64,000 nt of DNA from positions 276,334,001-276,398,000 of the forward strand of contig OZ024740.1 of the NCBI GenBank assembly GCA_964016885.1, given 5' to 3'. The DNA comes from Eledone cirrhosa. Its lineage: Eukaryota. The first letter of the stretch is position 1, and every line of letters starts with the position of its first letter. The translations under genes and the position numbers were made by a program. This document shows positions 1 through 13,515 of this stretch, one piece after another. The notes below the pieces were generated by a model that saw nothing but the letters and a program-made list of their open reading frames with translations, made no database searches and was not told where the DNA came from.

Positions 1-1271
1 AGACCCTCTTCCTGCTATTTCAAGCGTTAAACTAATATATTCCTTCCATATACTGTACTGTTTTTGTTGTTATTTCTGTTTACCTTTTACATATATATGT
101 ATATATACACACATATATATAAATGTCTTGTGTATCCCAGTTTTTAGAAGCAGTGCACTATATTCTTGTGTGTCAAAATAGGGATGACATCAGGAAGGAC
201 AGCTGATGGTAAAACATTGCTTCAAACCATCCTACCCAACCCATGCCTGCATGGAAAGTTGGATGTAAAGATGATGATGATAATCATCATGATATGTGTG
301 GGAATGCATGCACACGTATTTGTATGTTTGCTTGTCAGAGATCTCCCCTCCCATTCCCCACTCTTCACCTGATATATCTCTCCAGTCATGGCACACACCC
401 ATGACATACACCCACACTCCATCCATGTTTATAGGTTAGAGTGGGCTCTTTATTTGAGTCAATGACAGACAACTGCTCTAGTGTTGGTACCACAAAATGC
501 ATCTATTACACTATGTAAGGTGGTGGGCGATAAGAAGAGCAACCCACTGTAGAAACATTGTCAAAGGGTCAAATGGATTATCTAGTTGAGGCACAACAAC
601 CTCTCTAGACTTGGTTTACTACATGATAAACACACCCAGTTCACACTGTAAAATGATTGGTGATAAGAAGGGCATCCAGTCATAGAGAACATGGCAAAGA
701 AAGGGTTAGGAGGATTCTTCAGTTGTGCCATAGACATGACAACCTCCTTGGTGTTGGTAATCTACAGGATAAATGTTCCCAGTACATGCTGTAAAGTAGG
801 TAGTGATAGAAAGGGCATCCAGTCATATAAAACCTGCCGAACAAAAGGTTGGGAGGACTCTTTAGTTTTGTCAAGGACATAGTTTCTCTAGAGTATGTGT
901 TATGATAAAATGCACTCGGTAGGGCATGGGATCGTATGTTGGGCCCATGTTCCATGAGGAGGTCAGTGGCTCCACTTGAATACTGATTTGGTCTGTGATG
1001 ACGTGCTCGACCGTTGCTAGCAGAGAAATTGTAAGCTAAACAATAATGATAATGATGATGATTTACCAGTAATACAATGTGGTTAATTCAATCACTCAAA
1101 TCCTAATCTCAGTGCCTCCAAAAAATGTTATATATACTTGTGTGTGTATCATCATCATCATCAGCATATATATATATATAGTTGTAATATATGGAAGGTA
1201 ATATCCGTAGTGGTAGAGCGCTCAGTCCATGGGACGAGTTAGGTAGAAGGGGTTACACGATAGTTAGTTCA

Positions 1272-1322
1272 CCATACTGAGAACAATTGTTTCACCTTAG
1301 CGGATCCTCAGCTCGTAATGGA
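1272..1322 (-). ncRNA. Minimal type-I hammerhead ribozyme motif in the PLE terminal repeat
   Basis: Minus strand reads GAG-CTGAGGA-TCC GCTAA GGT-GAAAC-AATT-GTT-CTC: CUGANGA and GAAA core, stem I GAG/CTC, palindromic AACAATTGTT stem III region. Stem II is short. Confidence 0.65.
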
Positions 1323-1514
1323 TATGGTTATACGGAACAGGAAGGAGAACCGTATGAACGTGCATGAGCAGAAATGTTCACTTCACATAGGCAATACTAA
1401 ATTGCGTGCGAGAGGTGTAAGGGAGATAACTGCGAAAGCCCGAACATTTCTAGTTGATAAAAAAATTAGGATGTTGTTGTAATTCAATCCGGAGCTTTGT
1501 AGTTATGTAAGAGG

Positions 1515-3363
1515 TGTTACCAGACATGTGGACAACGTGTGAATAATTCATTTCTCGAGTTTAGGCAATCACTATTGTGTAATCTCTTTAGAATATTTAT
1601 TTGTTCATCAATACATAGTCCACAGGACAGATTGCCCCTTGTGTATGGCTTGGACTTATTGATGGCTTTCCATTGAATGGAGTAGTCTATACTTCAGTCC
1701 TTGAGGGACCATACGTGGCTCGCGAGTTTCGTGGATGAACGTCTGTCCGGGTACCTAATGGTCGAGTGGTGGTTCAGGAAGTATTCCTTAAATCGGCCCT
1801 CCGCCATACCCACATAGGATTTGACCTGTGGTTGATTTGGTCGGTTGGAAGTGACCACAGCTTCATAAACTACAGCAGGTGTGTTGCATTGCTGTTGAAG
1901 GGGACAAGCTTCGGGCTTACGACAAGAGCACCTGGTGGAGTGTTGTTGTTAGAGCTGTTGGTGATGTGGGCCTTCGTGTTCTTAGTGCAGGAGGATCCTA
2001 GTTTTACTTTGTGTTGGTTAAAATGGAGCGGTATTTATGACCTATGGGAAAGTGTCTATCTAAGAGGACTAGACATTGTTTTCCTACATTGGTTTTAACG
2101 TTGAGTGAGAAAGGAGGAGAGAACCAGATAGTTTGTCTATTGTTACACTTTCTTTTCTTATTGCTGTTGTTGTTAGTGGGAGAGTAAGTGATAGGTTGTG
2201 AGAAGCTAATGCCGTGTTATAGTAGGATGCCGCTCTGTCAAAGATAGCCTTATTAGAGGAGAGGTTTGAGATTCTAGTACTGATATTATTTACAAAGTTT
2301 CTAAAAACAGTGGGAGGGTGGCATGAGTCCTTGTGAATGTAATTGAGTTTTTCGTTAAGCTTATGGAAGGGTCTGTAGGTGTGTGTGCAAAGGTCTAAAT
2401 TAATGTCTAAGAAATCTACGCTAGAGAGGTTGGTAGCTACTGTTATCCTAAGTCCTAATTCATTGAAGGTAGAAGCTAAGTCTTTTTTAAACCGGTCGAG
2501 GTCATGACCACATTTATGGCTCGATAAGGTCAGTCCATCATCGCGGTATATTCCCGTGTGGAAGTCCGGGAATCTAACACGTAATATGTCTAAAATAAAT
2601 AGGCCAACCAAGTTGCATACGTCAGCACTGTCAAACGATCCCATGGAGACATCGAATATGTCTGAAGTTGTTGACTTCTTTGCCCAGGCTATTCCGTTGT
2701 TGAAGAGGAGGGTTTTCCAGCAGTGAGAAATGATTTCCCTGTCTAAACCATCGACGGTAGTGTAAGTGGTAGCAAAGTCCAACGCTTTGTTTAACAGGGT
2801 CTCTGAGATTGACGGGTAAAAATCAACAATGTCAAACTGTGTGAACTTCGCTGTTTTGGATTTGAAGGAGTTAAACCACTCAATTACGGAGTCGCTGTTC
2901 TTCCACTGGGGCAGGTTGGACTTGGTCCTAATGGTTTTAACTATGTTTCTAAGTATGGCCTTACTGCCTAGTCCCGTATCTGTGCGTGCCGGGTTTAGTA
3001 GTCTACAAGTGGGGTTAGAAGTAAAGTCTACCTTGTGATCTTTCAAGGTGAAGAACCCCTCCTGCTTAGCTAGAGATTGTAGCTTCTTATCTACCTTAAG
3101 AGCGGCGGCAAGTTCTTTGGCTTCTGTATTAATGTTGTGGTAGGCTATAGGGTTAGCTTTCTTATATTTGGAAGTAATAGCGTTATGGGCCAAGTGGCGG
3201 AAAGTGGTGTTGTCGACTTCGTAAATATTATTAGTTTTGTCGGAAAGAACGAAAGTGTTATTAGAAGACCTAAACTTCTTAATATCATTTCTAAGTTTAG
3301 TTTGAAAGGTGTTAGGGTGTTTGCGAAAGGAAATGTTAGCGACTAAGTCAAGAAGGTCCTCCT
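1515..3363 (-). pseudogene. PLE reverse transcriptase plus Cys-rich linker and GIY-YIG endonuclease, frameshifted
   Basis: Manual translation: EDLLDLVANISFRK..FQTKLRNDI..SDKTNNIYE, then RT, a frameshift near 2200, IWFSPPFSLNVKTNVGK..HFP, then CSCRKPEACPLQQQC..VVYEAVV..SYVGMAEGRFKE..H..WSLKD*..CGLCIDE..LNSRNELFTRCPH. Contains stops and frameshifts. Confidence 0.88.
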
Positions 3364-3449
3364 TGTGTTCTTCGAGTTTGGCTTCCTACCCTGTGAGCGC
3401 TCTCTATATCCTCATGTCCTACACAATTTTGTGTCTCATCAACGTCAGT

Positions 3450-3663
3450 ATGGATTTATACAAACTGGATTACTCCCTGAAGAACATTCCCACTCCTTCC
3501 AACCATGTTTACCAAAAGCTTCTACAAAAAGCGGAAGATGTCGTCAGACGCTTAAGATGGCAAGCCCTAGCTTTTGACGGCAAAATTACAGGCACCAATA
3601 ACACGTTAAACATGAAATCGAGAGCCTACCCTCCTAAGGTAACTGAACTTGCTCCTTTCGAGG
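3450..3663 (+). pseudogene. Inverted N-terminal segment of the same PLE ORF
   Basis: MDLYKLDYSLKNIPTPSNHVYQKLLQKAEDVVRRLRWQALAFD...KSRAYPPKVTELAPFE is a typical PLE N-terminus (YSxKNIPxP, RxRWxA). It joins logically to EDLLDLV on the opposite strand at ~3363. Confidence 0.8.
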
Positions 3664-3697
3664 CGTATGGTTGTCCTTCCTGTTCTGTATAACTGTG

Positions 3698-3748
3698 TCC
3701 ATTACAAGCTGAGGATCCGCTAAGGTCAAATAATTGTTCTCGGTATGG
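3698..3748 (+). ncRNA. Mutated copy of the PLE hammerhead motif
   Basis: CTGAGGA at 3709-3715 is retained, but GAAAC is changed to CAAAT (3727-3731). Confidence 0.55.
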
Positions 3749-4251
3749 TGGACTAACTGTTGTGTAACCACTTCTATATATATATATATGGACTATGCAG
3801 CTTCTTCCACTCAGATAACTTTTGGCATAACAACACACCACTTGTGATCAAGACCCCACTGTCATTATATATGTTTTTTTTCCCCCTTCTTACTTTCTAT
3901 TTATCTATATATCTACCTAATCAGCAAGCAAGTAGGCTTTCAGTTTTTCTATTTTACTGTATTCCATTGTACTCTGCACTTGTCTTCCATTCACCATTCT
4001 TTACACTGACTACTAAATTTAGTTGTCAATTCTGACAGATTACAATGTCATGATATGACCTGACCCTAGCTTTGTATAGGGATCTCAAGCAATTAGCTTT
4101 CTTCACAACCAAACTGTCACTTCTGTAGCATTCTAGTATTTTTGTCTTTAGCAACTATTAGTAACATTTTAACCTGTGACACTCTTGCAGATAGCATATT
4201 AAATTTCTCTGTCTGCAATAGTCAATTCCATTTAAGATATTGGAGACAGAA

Positions 4252-4287
<36 letters not shown>

Positions 4288-4737
4288 ATGTGTGTGTGTT
4301 GAAAAGTATATTGAAAAAATGTTTTATTGATTCACAAAATAAACAAAAAATAAACTTGACCCCTAGAATACAAATATTAGAAATTTTAGTTTGATTGATC
4401 AATGTTTGATTGAGGTTTTGATTTCTTTGTTTATTTTATTCATTTATTTTTTTGCATGTTTATTTTTATTTTTTGTGTATTTGTTTAGAAATTTATTACT
4501 CTGATCTCTAAGGATATAAAATGGCAAATGTTTTTTTAGGTAATGGAACTCACAACTGAGGTGCAGTTCATTGCTAGAAGCAGAAGATACAGCATAGAAA
4601 AAAAACAAACTTTTTTATGCTGATTTTAGATAAACTTGTTATTTATATTTTGGAGAGGGAAGGGATGTATTCTGCCAAGCTTATTCAATTCTTCAAGCAC
4701 CGCATGAAGCTGAAAGACTACAAGAATGTCCATATGA

Positions 4738-4921
4738 ATAATTGTTTCTACTTTAGGCACAGGGCCAGCAAATACCCAGTGCATTACTGGTACTTTATTT
4801 TATCGACCCCGTAAGGGTGAAAGGCAAAGTCAACCTCGGCGGGATTTGAACTCAGATCGTAAAGGGACGTAACTATGCTGGAAAGCATGGTGTCCGACCC
4901 TCTACCGATACTGCCAATCCA
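4738..4921 (-). mobile_element. tRNA-derived SINE (family A), antisense copy
   Basis: Reverse complement of the family consensus GGATTGGCAGTATCGGTAGAG..GAGTTCAAATCCCGCCGAGGTTGACTTTGCCTTTCATCCTTACGGGGTCGATAAAATAAAGTACCAG..GCCTTGTGCCTAAAGTAGAAACAATTATT. Confidence 0.85.
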
Positions 4922-5140
4922 GAATAATACAACTTGTTTCACTGACATGCTCTATAATAGAAGTTCAGAGCCAAAACACTTGTTTGAGTGAGGTTTCTTC
5001 TCTGAAGACCTGTTGCCCAGCTCTCCTCAGAGTTTCTTATTACTTTGGTAGGATTGGCTCAAGTTCACCAGAACATAGATGGGAAGCTTTCTTGAGTATA
5101 AAGAAGAATTGCTAAAGCTTTATATTATTGTATTTCTAAT

Positions 5141-5568
5141 ACGGGTGTGGATTGGCAGTATCGGTAGAGAGTCGGACGCCATGCTTTCCAGCATAGTTAC
5201 GTCCTCCCTTTACAGTCTGAGTTCAAATCCCGCCGAGGTTAACTTTGCCTTTCATCCTTACGGGGTCGATAAAATAAAGTACCAGTAATGTACTGGGTAA
5301 TTGATGGCCTTGTGCCAAAAGTAGAAACAATTATTGTATTTCTAATATTTCTATTGTATTTCTAAAGGGCGGTGGATTGGCAGTATCGGTAGAGGGTCGG
5401 ACGCCATGCTTTCCAGTATAGTTACGTCCCTTTACGATCTGAGTTCAAATCCCGCCGAGGTTGACTTTGCCTTTCATCCTTACGGGGTCGATAAAATAAA
5501 GTACCAGTAATGAACTGGATAATTGCTGGCCTTGTGCCTAAAGTAGAAACAATTATTGTATTTCTAAT
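5141..5568 (+). mobile_element. Two tandem family-A SINEs
   Basis: A-box-like TGGCAGTATCGG and B-box GAGTTCAAATCC in each copy; (ATT) tails; locus-specific ATTATTGTATTTCTAAT before, between and after the copies. Confidence 0.88.
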
Positions 5569-5949
5569 AGAATAAACTGCTTATGTGTTTAAATCAATTT
5601 TGAAAATAAACAAAAATTGGAGGAATTTGATAAAATAACCGAATTTTTCAACAATAAGCTGATATTTTGAACATAACTAAACAAACATTTCTAAAAGAAT
5701 ATTAAGAAGGAAGGTTTTAATATGAGATTAAGCATGTTAAAAGGGGCAGTTTTGTATCACAAATCTCAGATGGTTTCAGGTAGTTGTTGGCATATTTTAT
5801 TGACTAATTTTTTGTTGATATTACTATCACAAATTTCCAAGGACACTATTTTTTCTTCATAGATGTATGTGTAATTATGACTATATCTCCAGAATATAAG
5901 AGGGATCAAAATTGTGACCTAATATTCAGGCGCTTACATGCTTACATAA

Positions 5950-6251
5950 CATGGGCATGCAACAGGTAGCCTGCAAGCCACAATCCGGCCTGCCAGACCA
6001 GTCAGAGTGGCCGGTGATGACCATTTTAAATTTTACCTTGTAGGCTTATTTAGAATTTTTTTTCGTAACCATAATACAATTTTCTATTAGTTAACCTATA
6101 TTTAAGAGCTCCACTAATAGAGTTATGTATGTTATAATTTCCCAGTTCCATGTTATGGAAAGAAGTTGTGGTGAACCTTGCTTAATAAATATTAATGTCC
6201 CTAATAGTTGTTCAAAAGTGGCCCGCCAATGGAATATGTTGCACATCCCTC
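5950..6251. mobile_element. Degenerate hAT-like MITE
   Basis: Imperfect termini CATGGGCATGCAAC and GTTGCACATCCCT, with subterminal TCCGGCC/GTGGCCCG motifs typical of hAT derivatives. Confidence 0.45.
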
Positions 6252-6299
6252 CCTTGTTTATAAGATACTGTTAAAAGTAATGCATACTAAACACACTAG

Positions 6300-6578
<279 letters not shown>

Positions 6579-6708
6579 TAATTCTTATATAAAAAAAGAG
6601 GAAAAAAATTGAAAGAAATATATGAACGAATGAAAATATGTATATTGAAATAAATACACATAAAGTAATAGAAATATGAAGATCAAATGTTTATAAAAAA
6701 TAATGTGC

Positions 6709-8540
<1,832 letters not shown>

Positions 8541-8599
8541 CATTAGTGTTATAACTATAACTGTTATTATTATCGTGACTTTTGTTACTAGGACTACAA

Positions 8600-8780
8600 G
8601 GGTGGTGGATTGGCAGTATCGGTTGAGCATCAGACAACATACTTTGCGACATAGAGTTACATTCCGAGTTCAAATCCTGCTGAGGTTAACTTTACCTTTC
8701 ATCCTGACGGGGTCGATAAAATAAAGTACCAGTAATGCACTGGGGTCGATTTAGTTGACTTTCCCTTCCCCCAAAATTAT
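8600..8780 (+). mobile_element. Family-A SINE
   Basis: GGTGGATTGGCAGTATCGG..GAGTTCAAATCC..GGGGTCGATAAAATAAAGTACCAG. Confidence 0.8.
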
Positions 8781-9174
8781 TACTTCTATTAGCCAGCTGA
8801 TGTTAATGAATACTGGGGCTTTGGATACACTGTTGTTTCATCTAATTTTTTATTGTAATATTTCACCTGTCTAATTCCTTCATTGCCTATATCTGCAGGT
8901 AACCCTGGTAGGGTTGTATCACAGGTGTTTTTTCCTGCTGTCAGAATATTTAGATGATACTGCATGTGTGTGTGAGGTCAATTCTTGAAAAATTGTCAGT
9001 CAAACTGTATATGTGTATATGCTTGTATATGTGTACATGTCTGTGTGTTCACAAATGTATATCTATGTTGTTTATACAAAAATATATTGACATGTTTATG
9101 TATACATACATTCATTGATATGTATAAATGTATGTGGAAATATCTTGATCTATCTATCTAACTGTCGGTATGTG

Positions 9175-9241
<67 letters not shown>

Positions 9242-9611
9242 CGTTTCTGAATTTGTTTAGCAAGATTCTTTATCTGAAAACGTGTGTTGAAAGCGATATT
9301 GTTATGCTTTGGGAGGGTCATGTTGCCAATAAGAAAGACACGCACCAGTTGCTTTCACTTCAATTTATTATAAATTAAGTTTATAAATTTAGGAATTTAT
9401 AAATTTCTGGTTGGTTGGTTGGTTGGTTCCATAACCGGACGATTGTTCATATATTGTCATAGTTATATATATATATATATACAAAGTTATATATATATAT
9501 ATATATATATACAAAGTTATATATATTATATATATATACAAAGTTATATATATATATATATATATATATACAAAGGTATATATATATATACAAAGGTATA
9601 TATATATATAT

Positions 9612-9650
<39 letters not shown>

Positions 9651-9653
9651 AAG

Positions 9654-9704
<51 letters not shown>

Positions 9705-9775
9705 GAAAAAGAGATGAAATCGAAAATGCAACTGGAGTCTTATTTTTTTTTTTAAATATATATATTTATTTGGTT

Positions 9776-9813
9776 CCTTTACCGGTTTCGCAGTTCTTCT
9801 GCTTTTCAAAAGG
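9776..9813 (-). ncRNA. Identical U3-A8 hammerhead motif on the opposite strand
   Basis: Exact reverse complement of 9871-9908. Confidence 0.7.
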
Positions 9814-9870
9814 TGAGTTGAGATGGAGGGTCTGAGTTGAGAAAAACCACAGACCCTCCATCTCAACTCA

Positions 9871-9908
9871 CCTTTTGAAAAGCAGAAGAACTGCGAAACC
9901 GGTAAAGG
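9871..9908 (+). ncRNA. Minimal hammerhead ribozyme motif, U3-A8 core variant
   Basis: CCTT-TTGAAAA-GCAG AAGAA CTGC-GAAAC-CG-GTA-AAGG: perfect stems I and II, palindromic ACCGGT stem III, GUA cleavage triplet. Confidence 0.7.
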
Positions 9909-10040
9909 AACCAAATAAATATATATATTTTTTTTTTAAAATAAGACTCCAGTTGCATTTTCGATTTCATCTCTTTTTCTTTATACTTTCACTCGTGTAG
10001 GACACCTCGGTTATTTTTCATTTTGTAAAAAATACCTCAC

Positions 10041-10111
<71 letters not shown>

Positions 10112-10162
10112 TATATACACAAAGTTGTTACGACAAAATCTGATTCAATTTTCAAATATGTT

Positions 10163-10198
<36 letters not shown>

Positions 10199-10349
10199 TG
10201 TGTATATATATGTGTACATGTGTGTATATATGTGTGTGTATATGTATGTGTATGTATATGTATGTGTATGTATATAGATATGTATGTGTATAAATATATA
10301 TCATATATGTACACACATATATATATTTGTGTACACATGTGTGTGTGTA

Positions 10350-10389
<40 letters not shown>

Positions 10390-10774
10390 AATGCCTGCAG
10401 TACAAGGATTGGGAAAACCATGATTCAGAGTAGTACACAATGCATGCTGGGCTACTGAGTGGGTATATTATGTCACTACAATTATTCAGGCATATGTGTT
10501 TTCAGTATTTCAAGCTAGTTTTATATATATGCAAGCTTTTTCTTCTGTTCGGGGCTATCATTTTCATGGTTGCTAACTGCTGTTTCATTAGTCTGGAGTT
10601 TTTTGTATCATATTTGATTGTTGTCTCTTCTCATTGACAACTGGTAGGTTGTTTTTGCATACATTCGTCTTTTTTCTTATTGTATCAATTCATATGATAT
10701 AAACTAGATACAAACAATGCATTATATGTTTATATAAAGGTATATATGATATGGTATGTATAATAATTGTACTG

Positions 10775-11040
10775 TGGAGGCACGTGGCCTGGTGGTAAGG
10801 GTGTTGGACTTATGGTCATAATGTCATGGGTTTGATTCTTGGGCTGGGTTGTATTCTTGAGCAAAACACTTCATTTCACGTTGCTCCAGTATATTCAGAT
10901 GAAAATGAGTACCAGCAATAGCTGGGGGTTTAAACCCGCAATAGACTGGCGTCCTGTCCGGGGTCTTGTATTCTCAGCTGCTTCTCACCATGAAACCGGG
11001 ATAAGCACCGACCAAATAAGCCTTCTGGCTTATGACAGAC
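10775..11040 (+). mobile_element. tRNA-derived SINE (family B)
   Basis: GGAGGCACGTGGCCTGGTGGTAAGGGTG..GGTTTGATTC head, then CTTGAGCAAAACACTTCATTTCACGTTGCTCCAG; related to the copies at 57.2 kb and 58.7 kb. Confidence 0.7.
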
Positions 11041-11388
11041 TTTAGATGCTCATTTACATATAGTACGAACTTGACTGTCTAAGATTAATTAGCAGTAGCA
11101 CTGACATAGCTAGTGTAACAAAAGTATATAAGCTATAGCTTATTCTTGTCTCAGTTCTGATTGAATAAATGGCAGATAAAAAATTCAGAAACATGCATCT
11201 AATATTCTCATATCGATACTGAGATAGCTGTGACATGATCACCACTTCAGATATTCATAGCTAGACTCTTGTATGTTTACTATACATGAACATATCATAC
11301 ATACCTTCATAAACACCTCTATTATGAGCAACACTATGTTAGTGCTACTGTTACCAAATATTGGATGTTAAACAAGGATGATAATAAT

Positions 11389-11513
<125 letters not shown>

Positions 11514-11592
11514 TTATATATGTAGAAGCCTGGTGTAAATCAGGAGGCGACCACTGTTAAAAAGGTACTCAATGCGTTAGTAGAGTATAGGC

Positions 11593-11778
11593 ATATTCTT
11601 TTTATTATAGAAATGACTTCTCCATGACTAGAACTGTTTCATTCATTAAAAAAATCACCAGGATGGTTTCTTATGAATGAAACAGTTCTAGTCTTGTAGA
11701 AATCATTTCTATAATACAAGGAATATATATATATATTCCTTGTATTAGTTGTATTATAGAAATGATTTCTACAAGACT
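11593..11778. repeat. Serial fold-back inverted repeat
   Basis: Arms 11593-11646 and 11673-11727, a palindrome around a TA run, and a third partial copy at 11749-11778. Confidence 0.8.
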
Positions 11779-11784
11779 ATATAT

Positions 11785-12050
11785 CATCATTATCATCATC
11801 ATCATCATCATCAAGGTTTAGCGTCCGTGTTCCACGCTTGCATGGGTTTGGACGGGGGTTTTCCCACTTGAGGCAAGAGTGGTTGTCTTGCTCGCATAGG
11901 ACTGTCTGGCGGGTTTTCTACAGCTGGATGCCCTTCCTAACACCAACCACATTTACAGTGTGGGGCTGGGAGGTTTTTACCGTGTTGCCTACACGGCCAC
12001 ATTTACAGCGTGGACTGTGTGTTTTTTTTGTCGTGACACCTACATGATCT
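11785..12050 (-). mobile_element. RTE 3' UTR fragment or RTE-tailed SINE
   Basis: Reverse complement matches 49290-49540 (GTGGTTGGTGTTAGGAAGGGCA..ACCCATGC..GGACG..(GAT)n). Confidence 0.75.
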
Positions 12051-12889
12051 CATTTGTTTCGGCCTATATATATATATTTATGTCAGCATATTTGTATATA
12101 TAAACCAAACCAAAATGTAGCATTTGAACACAATGTTGTTACCTGGCAACCTGTCTAAGCCATGCAAGCATTGTAAAAACAAATTAATCATGATTTAGCC
12201 AGTTCTTTTGCGCTCCAAGGTGAGCTTCCCGCTAGTCAACTGCATCTCTGACTGGGATTTGATTGTCACTTGAGGCATATTTCACTTCATTTCTAGTAGC
12301 TAGAACTCCTTCAAGAAAGTCATGATCACCACATGATCTCTGTTTCATGTCCATCATAAATATTTGCCTTTCCATCCAAAGATGTAATTAATTGTATGTA
12401 GCCATTATAATTGGCTAGCAGCTAATTGTGGACTTGGAGAAAAATATGTAAATTTGATACTTACATGACTTTTTTTCTTTTTATTTGTCTGTTTTTAATT
12501 TAATGTTTTTTTTAATTTTTATATTTCAATGCTGCATTGAGGGTTTTCTCACCCATGAAAAAGAATAGCAGAGATATACATTTCTTGATGTATATTAATT
12601 GCTTTCTATTTGCAACAATACAATTATAAATTTTGCTTTCTTGCTTCAAGCTTAACAATCATATAGTTCTGAAGCTGATTTTGTAATTGAAGCCTTATAT
12701 TTCACTGTAAATATACATGAATGATATTTTGCTTTCTTTGGCCTGCAGATTCGTACAAGCACACACTGGCACATACATATATCTAACTACACACTCTCTC
12801 ACTCACTCTCACATCTATTCAGGCCTTTAGATAACACATGACTTTTAATTGTCATTAGAAGTTGTAGTAATAGTTGTATGAAATGTAAT

Positions 12890-13515
12890 TAGGTCGCAGA
12901 GTTGGTAGAGTAATGGGTTAAATGGCTTGCATCATTTACTTACTTACTTTCCATTCTGAGTTCAAATCCCGCCGAGGTTAACTTTGCTTTTCATCCTTAC
13001 GGGGTTGATAAAATAAAGTACCAGTAATACACTGGTGAATTGCTGGCCTTGTGCCAAAAGTAGAAACAATTATTTACTTACTTAGGGCAGTGGATTGTCA
13101 GTATTGGTAGAGCATTGGACAACATGCTTTGTGGCATATAGTTATGTCCTTTTACATTCTGAGATCAAATATGCTGAGGTTAGCTTTGCCTTTCATCTTT
13201 ATAAGGTTGATAAAATAAAGTACCAGTAATGCACGGGAGCCTATTTCATCAACTTTCCTGGTCCCCAAAATTGTTGGCCTTGCGCTTGAATCAGAAATCA
13301 TTATTTACTTATTTACAAAGGTCAGACAACAAAATGCTTTGCAGTATTTATTCTGGCTTTTTACATTCTGAGTTCAAGTCCTGTCAAAGTCACCTTAACT
13401 TTTCATCCTTCCAAAGATGATAAAATAAAATACCGGTAAAATGCTGTGGTCTGTATAATCAACTTCACCACCCCACAAATTGCTGGTTTTGTACCAAAAT
13501 TGGAAACAATTATTC
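12890..13515 (+). mobile_element. Three degenerate tandem family-A SINEs
   Basis: Repeated CTGAG(T/A)TCAA..TTTCATC..GATAAAATAAA(G/A)TACC units separated by TATTTACTTA. Confidence 0.7.

Larger units (their letters stand above)
1181..3776 (-). mobile_element. Decayed Penelope-like retroelement (PLE), probably Naiad-type
   Basis: RT motifs FDIVDFYPSI, MGSFDSADVCNLVGLFIL and GIYRDDGL in ORF 2084-3193; downstream GIY-YIG-like region; ~113-bp inverted repeats at 1244-1356 and 3664-3776; (TA)n on both flanks. Confidence 0.9.
9700..9984. repeat. Long near-perfect inverted repeat (~135-bp arms, 15-nt loop)
   Basis: 9700-9834 is the reverse complement of 9850-9984 except in a homopolymer stretch; loop AGTTGAGAAAAACCA. 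Confidence 0.95.

Noticed and set aside
1693-1700. In-frame TGA in the PLE endonuclease as possible selenocysteine (reported for some Naiad PLEs)
   Set aside because: Not at a Cys-motif position. CGA-to-TGA decay is simpler in an element that also has frameshifts, and I identified no SECIS.
1766-2098. 110-aa plus-strand ORF
   Set aside because: Antisense shadow of the PLE endonuclease region.
5141-5240. tRNA gene
   Set aside because: A and B boxes are present but belong to a SINE head with no full cloverleaf, and the sequence is multi-copy with a conserved body and tail.
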